The notes under the pieces are model-generated. The model had not been told where the DNA came from, searched no databases, and worked only from the letters and a program-made list of their open reading frames with translations. The position numbers and the translations under genes were made by a program. Shown piece by piece: positions 1 through 11,912 of a DNA stretch of 64,000 nt. Origin of the DNA: Octopus bimaculoides (Eukaryota); NCBI RefSeq assembly GCF_001194135.2, contig NC_068981.1, positions 58,049,645 to 58,113,644 on the forward strand, written 5' to 3'. The first letter of the stretch is position 1; each line of letters opens with the position of its first letter.

Positions 1-189
1 TTTCGTGCGGGTGACACGTAAAAGCACCCACTACACTCTCTGAGTGGTTGGCGTTAGGAAGGGCATCCAGCTGTAGAAACTCTGCCAAATCAGACTGGAG
101 CCTGGTGTTGCCATCCGGTTTCACCAGTCCTCAGTCAAATCGTCCAACCCATGCTAGCATGGAAAGCGGACGTTAAACGATGATGATGA
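1..189 (+). mobile_element. 3' part of an abundant SINE / RTE-type tail ending in (GAT)n
   Basis: gttggcgttaggaagggcatccagctgtagaaac...ccaacccatgctagcatggaaagcggacgttaaacgatgatgatga. The same tail recurs at about 9850-10000, 24240-24383, 33230-33335, 44960-45060, 56884-57030 (minus) and 61750-61866. Confidence 0.8.
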
Positions 190-534
190 ATGCATCATGG
201 TGGCTTCTTGATTTAATCTCTTCTTATAATGGGTCTGCCATCTCTCTCTCTCACTCTCTCTCTCTCACTCATTAATGGAAATGTTAGATGGCTGTTTGTA
301 TTGGATAGCTATTGCATATGTGTTTCTGTAGATATGTGTTGATGTTGCACCACATAGAAGTGATGTTTATTTATTTATTCTTAGTTAGAAGGAAAGACAG
401 TACTCATGACTTTTTACAAAACCTTGAAACTAGTAGGAAAGAGGGAAGAAGATATCCTGTAATTAGATACTAGCTTGAATGCTAACAATGAAACAGACTA
501 TGTTAAAGACACTGTGTTAAAGACACTGAAGGTA

Positions 535-800
535 TCAGGCAGTTGTATTACAGATTATCTACCGCTCAGGTAAGTTATGGTGGGATTTGAACTTGGAATG
601 TAGAGAGCTAGAACAAATGCTACAAAGCATTCCATCCAATGCTTTAAATGATTTTGCTGGTCCACTATGTTAGACTGATTGTTTATTTGTCAACCTCAGA
701 AGAATGGAAAGTAAAGTTGACCTTGGTAGAATTTGAACTCAGGACACCTGAAACCAGAATAAATATTGTGAGGTACTCCATCTGATGCTCTGATTATCCC
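535..800 (-). mobile_element. Two degenerate tandem SINE fragments (tRNA-like head)
   Basis: Both contain gatttgaacttggaatg / gaatttgaactcagg, the reverse complement of a B-box-like head shared with the other SINE copies. Confidence 0.5.
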
Positions 801-1746
801 ACATTTGTAAGATGGATCCTTCTAGTCATATTCACAAACTAATGCCACATTATGACTGCTTTGGAAAAAAATGTTTGAAAGAAATTTGAATTGGCTATTC
901 TTAACTGAATAACAGCTATTCATTAATACTGAGAAATGATAGAGATGACTAAAGTTGGGATAAAATTATAGTCATTACATAATGTTGGGAAGCCATAGAA
1001 ATTTATTTCACTAGTGGTGAATTTTTTCACTGTGAGATTATTAATTTTTTGGAGTTTCTGCTATTACCATACCAAAGCTAAGAAATCCCATCATCATAAT
1101 GCATAATTTAATCACTAACTTTATTAGAATGTTCTTTGTTATATTGTAATTTCACAGCTGGAAAGATAACTCAGTGGTTGAAAATAACTTTTGAGAATGA
1201 ATATAACACATGAACAAAGTTCTCTAACACAAAACAGAAAATTAAATGAAGCCATTTATTTTTGTTACTCATTTTTGGATTTTTAGCAAAACTTTAACCA
1301 CCATCATCACAAGAGAATCTCATCATGATTAATCAACCTGTTAGAAACAGAAGCCAAATTTTCCTTAAACTGTACTTTGTTTTTAAAAAAGGAAAGACTC
1401 ATTGAATAATTAGTCCTAGATATTTTAGTCCTTAAAAAGAAAAAAAAGAAAAAAAAAACAGGACAGTCATGACTGGAAGGCCTTTGTTCAAAGATCTGTT
1501 CAATCAAGTCTGACTGAAGTTAGACAAGCAACAATAATTAGAATATTCACCACCATCATCATGCTAACAATATCTGAAGGAGTCGCATTTTCATGTCTTA
1601 GTGCTTTTAGTTTTTGTTGAGTACACACATTTAGCTCATGTTGAACCATGAAAGAATTCAGTTGGCTACTATCCTCAAAACCAGATATTAGCCATCATCA
1701 ATTCAGTATTAAATCTAATATATTTTAGGTAATAATAATAATAATG

Positions 1747-2495
1747 AATGAATGAAATTATTGTGTACAGTGCTCAGGTGCACTACAACTTATCAAAGGT
1801 GCATGTATAGTACATAGAATTATGTACAAATATCAGGTAAGTGGAGTCATGATATACATGTGTGCATGCGTATGGAGGTGGGGATATCAGGTGTAGTGTT
1901 GGCGAATTTAAGAAAGCACAGAGGTTTTAAAGGATGCAATGTCATGGCAGCTAACAACTAATGCAAGTAATTTGTTCCATGCTTCAGCAACTTTGAGTGT
2001 GAAAAAATGTTTCCAAAAGTCATGGGAGCTGTGCTGTTTTCTGACTTTGTAGGCATGCCCATGTGTGTTAGACATTGGAATTCAAAAAGTGCTCAAAGTT
2101 GTTGTAGGCACAATGGTTAATAATTTTGTGGGTGCCAGACGTCAGAACTTCAATGTATCCATGCCCAAGGAAGCAAGGCATTCAGAATGTGGTAGATACC
2201 TGATGGAGGGTATTTGCTTGGTTGCGTGTCTCTGAACAGTTACCAGTCAATATTCTGAGCAAAATAGGGGTTCCAGACTGGTGATGCAAATTTCAAGTGT
2301 GTCTACACCATGGCCATATACAGCCTTAAATAGATAGCTGAAGAGTGGCTGACAAATGTCTTGTTGAGTGATGCCAAGACACCCTCGGCCTTCTTGACAA
2401 TTTTAGAGACATGCTTTGTCCAGAGCAAATCGCTTCTGTCAAGTTTTCACGTCTTATTTGATTTGCCTCTGTTCTTGCTACCATTTTGGTTTTCT
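1747..2495 (-). mobile_element. CR1/L2-type LINE, 5'-truncated 3' end of ORF2, decayed
   Basis: Minus-strand translation with stops and frameshifts: LLWTKHVSKIVKKAEGVLASLNKTF...LYMAMV*THLKFASPVWNPY...NTHGHAYKVRKQHSSHDFWKHFFTLKVAEAWNKL, a typical CR1 C-terminus, followed by a (TTCA)/(TTA) tail. Confidence 0.8.
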
Positions 2496-2549
2496 TACAA
2501 CCCTTATACATTTCATTAACACTTGGTAAAATAATTCTTTCTACTATAG

Positions 2550-2740
2550 GCACAAGGCCTGAAATTTTATAAGAGTCTAATTAATTACATCAACCCCTGT
2601 GCTCAGCTGGTTCTTATTGTATCAACCCTGAAAGGTAAAGTCGACCTTGGCAGAATTTGAACTCAAAACATAAAGCTGGAAGAAATGCTGCTAAGTATTT
2701 TGTTTGGTGCAGTAATGATTCTGCCAGCCTGCCACCTTAG
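2550..2740 (-). mobile_element. SINE (tRNA head plus gcctttcatcctttcggggtcga-type central domain)
   Basis: ggcacaaggcctgaaattt...aaagtcgaccttggcagaatttgaactc...gattctgccagcctgccacctta; same family as 7260-7455. Confidence 0.75.
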
Positions 2741-2764
2741 TGAAATAATAATAATTTTGAATTT

Positions 2765-2918
2765 TGGCACAAGGCCAGCAATTTCAGGGGAGGGGTAAGT
2801 TGATTACATTGACCCCAGTACTCAGCTGATACTTATTTTATTGACCCTGAGAGGATGAAAGGCAAAGTCGACAGTATTTGAACTCAGAACATGTTGGGCA
2901 GATGAAATGCCATTAAGC
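2765..2918 (-). mobile_element. SINE interrupted by the gypsy element; it resumes at 6409-6455
   Basis: Left part ends gatgaaatgccattAAGC; right part starts AAGCatttcaactgacatgttaacgattctgccagc. Joined, they give a continuous SINE head. Confidence 0.8.
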
Positions 2919-4406
2919 TGTAGTGGCGCGTGTGGCTGCCATTGGCCGCCATCTTGGGAAGTGCCATTGTGCATGTGCAAGGGACTTGCCGTCAGCAGAA
3001 GTACCCGAGCACGCATGCGCAATGCAACAGGTGGAGAGAGAGCAATAGCGTTTGATCTCTTCTCTATTTAGCAGCTGTCGTGACAACACGTTCTTCCAGG
3101 CTCTCTCAGCTCGACCCCGACGTGTAGTCGAAGCTTCCTTGGTATTCTAGCGGCATGCCTGTTAACCCAGGAACAAAACGGCTCTACACCAACCTAGAAT
3201 AAATTATTGATCTGTTGTTACCGTTATCCCTCGTGTTGTTGTATTTCTGGATTTTAAAGATTAATATAAGAACTGGGGAGAGATGGCCGAGCCGTCATAT
3301 CTCATCCAATTCTTATAACTGGTGACCCCTAGTACGAATACGGAATTATATCTCGAACAACTCGTCAAAAATGAAGAGACGACAAAAAAAAAAACAACAC
3401 AAGAGACGAGGGAATGGAACAACCAACTGCAACAGTTTTCTTACCCCGGAGAAAAATACCATACAGCCTGGAAACTGAACCATCAACTACTATGACACGA
3501 GCGTATTTCTCTCACCCACGTGTTTTCTTTCAACACCAACTGAAGCTGAGAAAAGAACAAACGAGTGAACAGTGATTTCTCTTTTCGCCTGACTTCACAT
3601 GGCTTGAAAAACAGAAAAAAGAAAACAACGTTGCTTCCATCTATTGTCTTACAGGACAACACACAAAGAAAAAAAAATACTACACACACACACATACATA
3701 AAATTTTTTTTGCCTGTATTGTTTTTTTCCTTGCAGCAACGACGTAAGGTTGGTCAACAATATCTTTTTCTACAGACAGTACAAAGCAACACCTTCTGAG
3801 GTCTAGCCGCTGACCCCAGAGCACACAGCCAGTTTCAGTGACGACACGACAATAGCCTCATGGAGACCCATCACTTCGTTCAGCAGCTTACGGACCTCCA
3901 TCTTCTTAGGGTCAACACCAACTTCTTGCTACGTACACAGCAACCAACAGCACTCGCAAAAGTTCTATCTCAACACTTTGTGAATTATTTCACCATGGTT
4001 AACAGCGAATACAACCTGTGAGAACTCCTGTACCAAGTAACCGGCAGCAGCATTGAAGCCACAACCTCTCATGACATGTGCCTCTCCTCCGGCTCTGTTA
4101 CGCGGCCTCGACTTCTTGTTACAGCACCCCAAATACTGTGTACCTTAACTACGAACTGGTATTTACCATCCTTGTGTCTGGACTTTCTTCTAACACCCTT
4201 ATAGACTCTTTTCTATGCTCTGTATTACTTGCACACACATGCATCCATGTTTGTATACACATACACTTTGTTTACATGACGGCCTGCCTATTATTGTGTT
4301 TATATGTCACACTCACACAAACAGAAAAAAAACAAAAAACAAAAGCAAACACCATTGTTTTTGTTTTACGGACATTTTTTCTCTCTCTCTCTCTCTCCTA
4401 TACACA

Positions 4407-4700
4407 CATGGTTCCACAATCTTTTCCAAGATTGATCTGGTTCGCGCTTATCACCAGATTCCAGTTAATCCAGAGGACATTCCCAAAACTGACATCACTA
4501 CTCCTTTTGGCTGTTTTGAATTTCTTTTTATGAGCTTCAGTCTGCAGAATGCGACAAGCACTTTCCAAAGATTTATAGATGAAGTTTTTTTTCATGGAAT
4601 TGATATTGCATTCACTAGTGATACAAACGAGAATCATCTCCACCATTTATCGCAACTTTTTCAGCGACTCCGCGCATATAATGTGCACACTGTCTTCTAA
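4407..4700 (+). pseudogene. Gypsy reverse transcriptase remnant
   Basis: [59 protein letters not shown] matches gypsy RT; the YxDD motif is destroyed. Confidence 0.9.
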
Positions 4701-4929
4701 AACAGACGAACTCTCTCCTCGTGCTTTCAGTCACCTGGACTATATTTCACAGTCATTTTACCAGGGAAGCAGAACATCCCTGTTGATGCTCTCACGAGAC
4801 TCCCTTTCCTCTCCTGCAACAATTGATTTACTTATTTCGCAGGACCAACCTCTTTTGTTGACGTTAGATTTAACTTCGCCAAAATTCAACAATTGCAAAT
4901 TTGCCTATCTTCCACTCCCTTCATCGAAG

Positions 4930-5192
4930 GCATTGTATACGCACTACCAGCTACCATCCCGCTTCTAATGGGATGGTGGAGCGTTTTCATAGGCAACTTA
5001 AGGCTGCCTTACGTGCCTCGCCCAACCCGCAGTTTTGGGTTGAATTTCTTCCAGTCGTCCTCCTTGGATGCCGGACTGCGGTCAAAGCTGACCTGGGTTT
5101 TCTCCTCGGCGGAGCTTCTTTACGGTACCACACTGGCGTTACCTGGTACGATGGTGATACCAGACTCGTCACAACCACCACATCCAGAGTCC
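4930..5192 (+). pseudogene. Gypsy integrase core remnant, frameshifted
   Basis: IRTTSYHPASNGMVERFHRQLKAALRAS...WVEFLPVVLLGCRTAVKADLG / SSAELLYGTTLALPG. Confidence 0.9.
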
Positions 5193-6088
5193 NNNNNNNN
5201 NNNNNNNNNNNNNNNNNNNNNNNNNNNNNNNNNNNNNNNNNNNNNNNNNNNNNNNNNNNNNNNNNNNNNNNNNNNNNNNNNNNNNNNNNNNNNNNNNNNN
5301 NNNNNNNNNNNNNNNNNNNNNNNNNNNNNNNNNNNNNNNNNNNNNNNNNNNNNNNNNNNNNNNNNNNNNNNNNNNNNNNNNNNNNNNNNNNNNNNNNNNN
5401 NNNNNNNNNNNNNNNNNNNNNNNNNNNNNNNNNNNNNNNNNNNNNNNNNNNNNNNNNNNNNNNNNNNNNNNNNNNNNNNNNNNNNNNNNNNNNNNNNNNN
5501 NNNNNNNNNNNNNNNNNNNNNNNNNNNNNNNNNNNNNNNNNNNNNNNNNNNNNNNNNNNNNNNNNNNNNNNNNNNNNNNNNNNNNNNNNNNNNNNNNNNN
5601 NNNNNNNNNNNNNNNNNNNNNNNNNNNNNNNNNNNNNNNNNNNNNNNNNNNNNNNNNNNNNNNNNNNNNNNNNNNNNNNNNNNNNNNNNNNNNNNNNNNN
5701 NNNNNNNNNNNNNNNNNNNNNNNNNNNNNNNNNNNNNNNNNNNNNNNNNNNNNNNNNNNNNNNNNNNNNNNNNNNNNNNNNNNNNNNNNNNNNNNNNNNN
5801 NNNNNNNNNNNNNNNNNNNNNNNNNNNNNNNNNNNNNNNNNNNNNNNNNNNNNNNNNNNNNNNNNNNNNNNNNNNNNNNNNNNNNNNNNNNNNNNNNNNN
5901 NNNNNNNNNNNNNNNNNNNNNNNNNNNNNNNNNNNNNNNNNNNNNNNNNNNNNNNNNNNNNNNNNNNNNNNNNNNNNNNNNNNNNNNNNNNNNNNNNNNN
6001 NNNNNNNNNNNNNNNNNNNNNNNNNNNNNNNNNNNNNNNNNNNNNNNNNNNNNNNNNNNNNNNNNNNNNNNNNNNNNNNNNNNNNNNN
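5193..6088. other. Assembly gap (896 N)
   Basis: Run of N; it creates the spurious X-filled ORFs in the track. Confidence 1.
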
Positions 6089-7259
6089 GAAGTACCCGAG
6101 CACGCATGCGCAATGCAACAGGTGGAGAGAGAGCAATAGTGTTCCATCTCTTCTCTATCTAGCAGCTGTCATGACAACACGTTCTTCCAGGCTCTCTTAG
6201 CTCGACCCCGACATGTGGTCGAAGCTTCCTTGGTATTCTAGCGGCATGCCTGTTAACCCAGGAACAAAACGGCTCTACACCAACCTAGAATAAATTATTG
6301 ATCTGTTGTTACCGTTATCCCTCGTGTTGTTGTATTTCTGGATTTTAAAGATTAATATAAGAACTGGGGAGAGATGGCCAAGCCGTCATATCTCATCCAA
6401 TTCTTATAAAGCATTTCAACTGACATGTTAACGATTCTGCCAGCTTGCTGCCTTACTGAGTGAAAAAATAAGAGGAGTTGATTTATTTTTGACTTTAGGA
6501 CAATTTAAAAGACAATGGCAAATTGGCAGAGATGTTAGAGTGTTGGACAGAATTCCTCAGAGTTTTTGTTCCAGCTTATTGCATTCTAAGTTCAACTCAT
6601 ACCAAAGTCAACTTTACCTGTCATCCTTTCCGATTTGATAAAAAAAATTACCCGTCCTGTGTAGTGGATTGGTAGGACATTTAACTGAATGTCTTGCATT
6701 ATTTGTACTGCCATTTTGCATTCTGGTTTCAAGTCTCACCATGACCTAGGTATTGCCTGGTTTAACACACCACCTAGTGCCTTCAGTAGAGTCCACTCTA
6801 TTGCAAACATTTCCAGCCTGGGGATACCTTCCTCCCTCTCTCCCTTCCACCAGTTTCAGAGGTCTTGTAATAGATTATGGGCACTGCCTTCTCTCTGACT
6901 AAAATAGATTTTTAAAAAAGCAAAAATAGAAAAACACCAGATTGAATTAAATATATGCTAATATTTAGATTAGACTCTACATTTTGAGTTAAAATCCCAT
7001 CAAGGTGGATATTGTCTTTCAACTCTGTTGTGTCAATAAGATCTATTTCAGTTATACTTAATGGATGATACTCCTTCTCTCTACAATTTTACTTTGTAAC
7101 ATGTTATTAATGTTATGCAGAAGAAAAAAATAAAAATAAATATGATGAGTGAAACTGAATAAATCCATGGTTTAGTATGTAACCTTCCTATTACAAATGA
7201 TGCTGAGAAGTCTTAAAATATTTTTAATCCAAATCTTTTCTTTTTAATACTTTCATGCT

Positions 7260-7455
7260 GTAAGGCAGTGTGCAAACAGAATCTTTAGCATGCTGGGAAA
7301 AATGCATTTTGTCTGTCTTTATGTACTGAGTTGAAATTCCGCAGAGGTTGACTTTATCTTTCATCCTTTCGGGGTCAATTTAAATACCAGTTGAGTACTG
7401 GGGTCAATGTACGTGACTTACCCTCTTCCTTGAAATTGCTGGCCAAAGTTTGAAA
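7260..7455 (+). mobile_element. SINE (tRNA head plus central domain)
   Basis: taaggcagtgtgcaaacagaatc...ttgactttatctttcatcctttcggggtcaat...actggggtcaatgtacgtgacttaccc. Confidence 0.75.
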
Positions 7456-8260
7456 CTAATATTTTCATATTGTACTGCAAGGAAAAGAACTTACTGCTAT
7501 TGGACTCAAAGTTCTCGCAAATAGGGTGAAAATAATATTGATTTTGTGCATATACATAATTTCAGATTTAAAGAAGGAAATTAAACTGTGTTACACACAT
7601 CCTCCTCAAGAATGATAGTAACTAAGTGAAATAAAATGACTATGACAAGGAATCAATACTGGGGCATCAACTCATCTCACCAGGAACTTACATTTAATTT
7701 AGAACATTCATGTATATTGAAAGCAAAAGACTGTTCACACTATGTTTTCCAATACCATGATTTGTAATGCATAAGTCTACATTGTAAAGAATTAGAGAGA
7801 GACAATCATTGCTCACAGATATTACCTCATGCCAACAGAGAAAAACATGTGAATTGATTTATTAAAATTATGAGGATGATGGTGAGATTTCAACATTTAA
7901 TCAACATTATATCAACATACTAATGGAAGGTGAACATGGATTATGAAAATGATTATCTGGTAGTAACAGTAGAGTTAAGGTTTATAGATTTTTGGTTTTT
8001 TTTAGTTCTTTCTTTCATATCAGCCATTAATCTGGTTAATATACTGGAATACTAAAAGGAGAAAATGTCAAATTAAGTGAAGTCAAGAAGTCAACTAATC
8101 ATGTCACTGGTTACTGCTGCTACAATATTTGCACAATGTAAATCTATTTAGGTGAGCATTGCTTCTGGTGAAATCTAATAAAGAGTAGCTTTAATATTAT
8201 CTTCTTAGTGTATTTTGATCTTTGACTTTTACTATACCAGCTGAAATATTTGTGGCTTTC

Positions 8261-8323
<63 letters not shown>
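8261..8323. repeat. (GA)n microsatellite
   Basis: Seen directly. Confidence 0.95.
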
Positions 8324-8324
<1 letters not shown>

Positions 8325-9734
8325 CAAGAACTAAGTAAAATCATCTAGAAATTCTCCACAATTTTTGAAATGTATGTTACTTTGACACAAGGGAATGAAT
8401 ATAGTGGAATATTTATGATTATAATAAATAACACCCCCAAGGAAAACTTAGGATAAGTTACAATTCCCATTTTAGCATGAGTTCTTTAAAAAATTATTAG
8501 TAACAAATGAGAAATAGAAGGAAATGATTTTGATGCAATCAAATAACCAATATGTAATTTAATATTTTTTAGAAGTATGATCTTTTGTAGAATATATTGA
8601 AAAAAAGGTGAAATATTTCTTTTTGAAAACAATTTGTATTTCAGTTCATTTTAACTTCAGATATATCAAAGCAATGAGGTGCAAATATGTAAATAGCATT
8701 TATTATTCACTGTTGCAGCAGCTACTAATTGATGTTATTGAAATAAAACCAATTAGGTTTTTAGAATAACAATTTTAATATCACTCTTTTAAGAACGACA
8801 GAACAAGATTAAAATTTTAGCAAATTATTTAGTCACCATATAGGAACCTCTGCATAGTTTCTGAAATAGTAAAATTTTCATCACAGTTCACCCTTACAGT
8901 CTTCAAGAAAATGAAGGTTAGATTTAGCCTATGTTCTGTCTGAACAAAAAGCTGGTCACTTCTGAAATGCTATTGATCATAGGTTTGACATGGGGCTAAA
9001 CAAAAAAAAAAAAAAAAAAAAAGTCTCAGACAACAGTGATTAAACTATTAACATATAAAGCCCGAGTCATCTCAGGTAAAAACATCAATGAACTTTTTAT
9101 GTTAAAATGAAAATAAATAACATCCTCTATTTATCTTGAACATTTATGTCTATGTAATGTTGTGAGTAAATTAAAATTTGGGGAAGGGGGTTATTTACTT
9201 TTTGAGGGGCAAATTTTAAAAAAGATGAAACAGGCCATACAAGCTTGTTCTTTACATCTGTCCCTTGCCATCACCCTCTTTCCCCCACCCATAATTACTA
9301 CCTGATGTACACCTCTGTACTCTCTTGTGTGTCTACCTACACACAATCACCCTCAGTGCCCTTTCATATCTACCATAGCCTCCTTGAGTCACTCCTGTCG
9401 TTCGCTACAGTTACCTCTGTCCGATCTCAAACAATCTCCCATCACACTCTTATAAAATGTTCCCCACTTCTGTGCCTCTCTGTCCACTCCTCTGTAACAC
9501 TTACATTCACCCCCACTGAACCTTTTAGGTACGTCCCAACACATCTCTACCATCACCTATCTCTTTCTCGGCCTGCCTATCTTCTCTGCCTTAATCTTTC
9601 TTTTCCAACTGGGGTGGCCAAGTATCTCTCTTATAGCAAGACACTAATTTCTATCCCTCTATTATACTTTCACCTCCCAACCAGCTCAAGGTCACCTCCC
9701 TCAGTGTTACTCTCCTTCTCTGTCAGGGGATCTC

Positions 9735-10000
9735 TGTCTTGCAACTGCTGTTGATTTGTTTACATCTCTGTAACTTAGTGGTTCAGTATAAGAGACCAAC
9801 AGGGTAAGTACCATTGGTGCTGGTGTCACATAAAAAGTACCCAGTACACTGTGTAAAGTAGTTGGCATTAGGAAGGGCATCCAGCCATAGAAATCATGCC
9901 AAAGCAGACAATGGAGCCTGGTACAACACTCTGGTTTGCCAGCTCCTGTCAAACTGTCCAACCCATGCCAACAATGGAAAATGGATAATTAAATGATGAT
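9735..10000 (+). mobile_element. SINE 3' half with RTE-type tail
   Basis: gtaacttagtggttcagtataagagacc...ggcattaggaagggcatccagccatag...aaatgatgatg. Confidence 0.75.
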
Positions 10001-10589
10001 GAGATTAAAACAAAACAGCTACAATATTTTGTTTTAATCTCTGATTATTAGTTGTATTATTCACTATTGGATCTGCATATAGCACCAGGATGTGTTTGAA
10101 CTAGTAAATTTTATTTCTAACCCCTAACCCAAAGATATTATTCCACAGGACTACTGATGTTAACAGTTCAAAAAATTATAATCTAATCCTTTGTAAGATA
10201 GAAATATGTACAGAGTTGTCCCCCTTACTTAATCGTTGTCTAGTGTGTTCCCCCTCCCCCAGCTTTTAATGCTTCATTCATTAAATTTGTTAATACTAAC
10301 TACTTTTTCCACGTAGTGGACATCTCTAAATTATTTAATGAATAAATAATGTTTCCTTGTGTGTTTACTTAGTAATTCATTCATCAATACTTTAGCAAGA
10401 AGAGACAGGTTATGCATTGCTGAAGAGGTCAGAATAATACAGATGTGTCCAGACTTTTCATAATAGTTATATCTTTCTAGTTAGTATTTTAATGAATTTT
10501 AGAATGCTGGTTGTGTTAATTATTAACTTAACCAGTAACCTAACTACTGAATAGGAGTGATAGTAATCTAGGTTCCAATTTTCTCGCCA

Positions 10590-10815
10590 CAGAGTGAGCA
10601 GTGACAGCTTGACTTCAAGATTAACACTATACCTTTTATTTGTTTCTGTCATTGGGACTGTGGCCAAGCTGGGGTACCACCTTGAAGGTTTTTAGTCAAA
10701 CGTATCAATCCTGGTACTTTTTTAAAGCTTGGTACTTATATTGTGGGTCTCTTATACTGAACTGCTAAGTTATGGGGATGTAAACAAAGTAACACATTGT
10801 CAATTGGTGGTGGGG
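10590..10815 (-). mobile_element. SINE 3' half
   Basis: Reverse complement of the tail seen at 17900-18040 (ttgtttctgtcattgggactgtggcc...gaactgctaagttatggggatgtaaac). Confidence 0.65.
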
Positions 10816-10876
10816 TCAAATACAGACACCTACATATAGATATCTACATACATATATATTATATATACTAATTCTA

Positions 10877-11720
10877 GGTAATTGCACTCCCAGTATTTTA
10901 ACTCTGGTAATTTGACTACCAGTCAATTTCACACCCAGTAATTTCACTCCCTGTAATTTCACTACTAATATTAGAAAAAAAATAATGATAAAACATTGAA
11001 ATTCATTATTATTATTATTTGCAGTTGACTTTGCATTCATCCTTTCGGAGTCAAGTACTGGGGTCAATATAATCGACTATCCTCCCCCCATAATTTCAGG
11101 CCTTGTGCCTATGGTGGAAAGGATTATTGTTGTTGTTGATGATGATGACTGCCACACTCCTGGTAATTTCACTTCTAATATTAGAAAAAAAATAAAACAT
11201 TGAAATTCATTATTATTATTGTTGTTGATGGTGATTTACAGAGTAATTCAGTTAACTGAAAGTATCATTTTCAGTCATCCATTCGAGTGTTTTAGTTAAA
11301 GAGTTCACAGGTTTACCCGTGGTTCATCCCTGCCTCATTCATTACTTAGAAAAGAAATATTCATACACCATACCTCACGTTTTTAACATTATTCACGGAA
11401 GGAAGAAACTTGTGGATGACCTGGATTACATATATGAAGCGCAAAAACAAAATACCAATGGATCTAAGACTTACTGGAAATGCAAAATTAAGTCCTGTAA
11501 AGCTCGAGTCCACACCATGACACATCATGAAGATGATGCCATAATTAAGCACATTGGTGAACATCATCATAGTCTGTGTGCTTCAAAACCTAAAGTTTTC
11601 AAAACTTTAGCAGACCCAAAGCTACAAGCAGCTGTTTCCCAGGAATCTTCTTGTTCATTAATTGCGACTGCTTGTGAAAAGCTTCATGAAAGTTAAATGC
11701 TCACATGCCCTCCTCTTCGT
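10877..11720 (+). mobile_element. Mutator-like (MULE) DNA transposon left-end fragment with a FLYWCH zinc-finger ORF (11319-11696)
   Basis: GRKKLVDDLDYIYEAQKQNTNGSKTYWKCKIKSCKARVHT...IIKHIGEHHH fits the FLYWCH pattern (W-x-C...C-x-A...H-x-H). It is preceded by ~15-bp tandem repeats gtaatttcactccc(a/t)g. The DDE core is absent. Confidence 0.65.
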
Positions 11721-11824
11721 GTGTAAGTTGCAATGTAAGTAACTGGCACCAAGAAAAAGTAAGTGCCCCTCCAATCCCTCAGAATTGATTTGATTATGAG
11801 ATACTCAAATACAAGTTCCTTGAT

Positions 11825-11912
11825 AGTGGCAAATTTTTCTTCATGCCACACAGTGGGACTGAACCTAGAACCATGTAGTTGGGAAGCAAACTTCTTCCAC
11901 TCAGCTATGCGT
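11825..11912 (-). mobile_element. tRNA-derived SINE head
   Basis: Minus strand gcatagctgagtggaagaagtttgcttcccaactacatggttctaggttcagtcccactg, with A-box/B-box-like motifs. Confidence 0.6.

Larger units (their letters stand above)
2919..6408 (+). mobile_element. Ty3/gypsy LTR retrotransposon, internally deleted and non-autonomous. 5' LTR 2919-3317; 3' LTR visible 6089-6408 (its start is in the gap); TSD AAGC
   Basis: 320 bp of LTR align with 9 mismatches. AAGC at 2915-2918 and 6409-6412. PBS TGGTGACCCC at 3320-3329 (complementary to the tRNA-Trp 3' end as I recall it). AATAAA in the LTR. RT and integrase remnants inside. Confidence 0.92.

Noticed and set aside
4893-6200. Long ORFs of 314-435 aa in the track
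   Set aside because: They are mostly X from the 896-N gap; only the integrase remnant before the gap is real.
9245-9754. 169-aa ORF in C/T-rich sequence
   Set aside because: Low-complexity S/L/H/P composition, no motif and no splice support; probably a decayed repeat.
11825-11912. tRNA gene (also considered for the other SINE heads)
   Set aside because: Only degenerate A/B-box similarity attached to SINE bodies; no cloverleaf or anticodon arm can be built.
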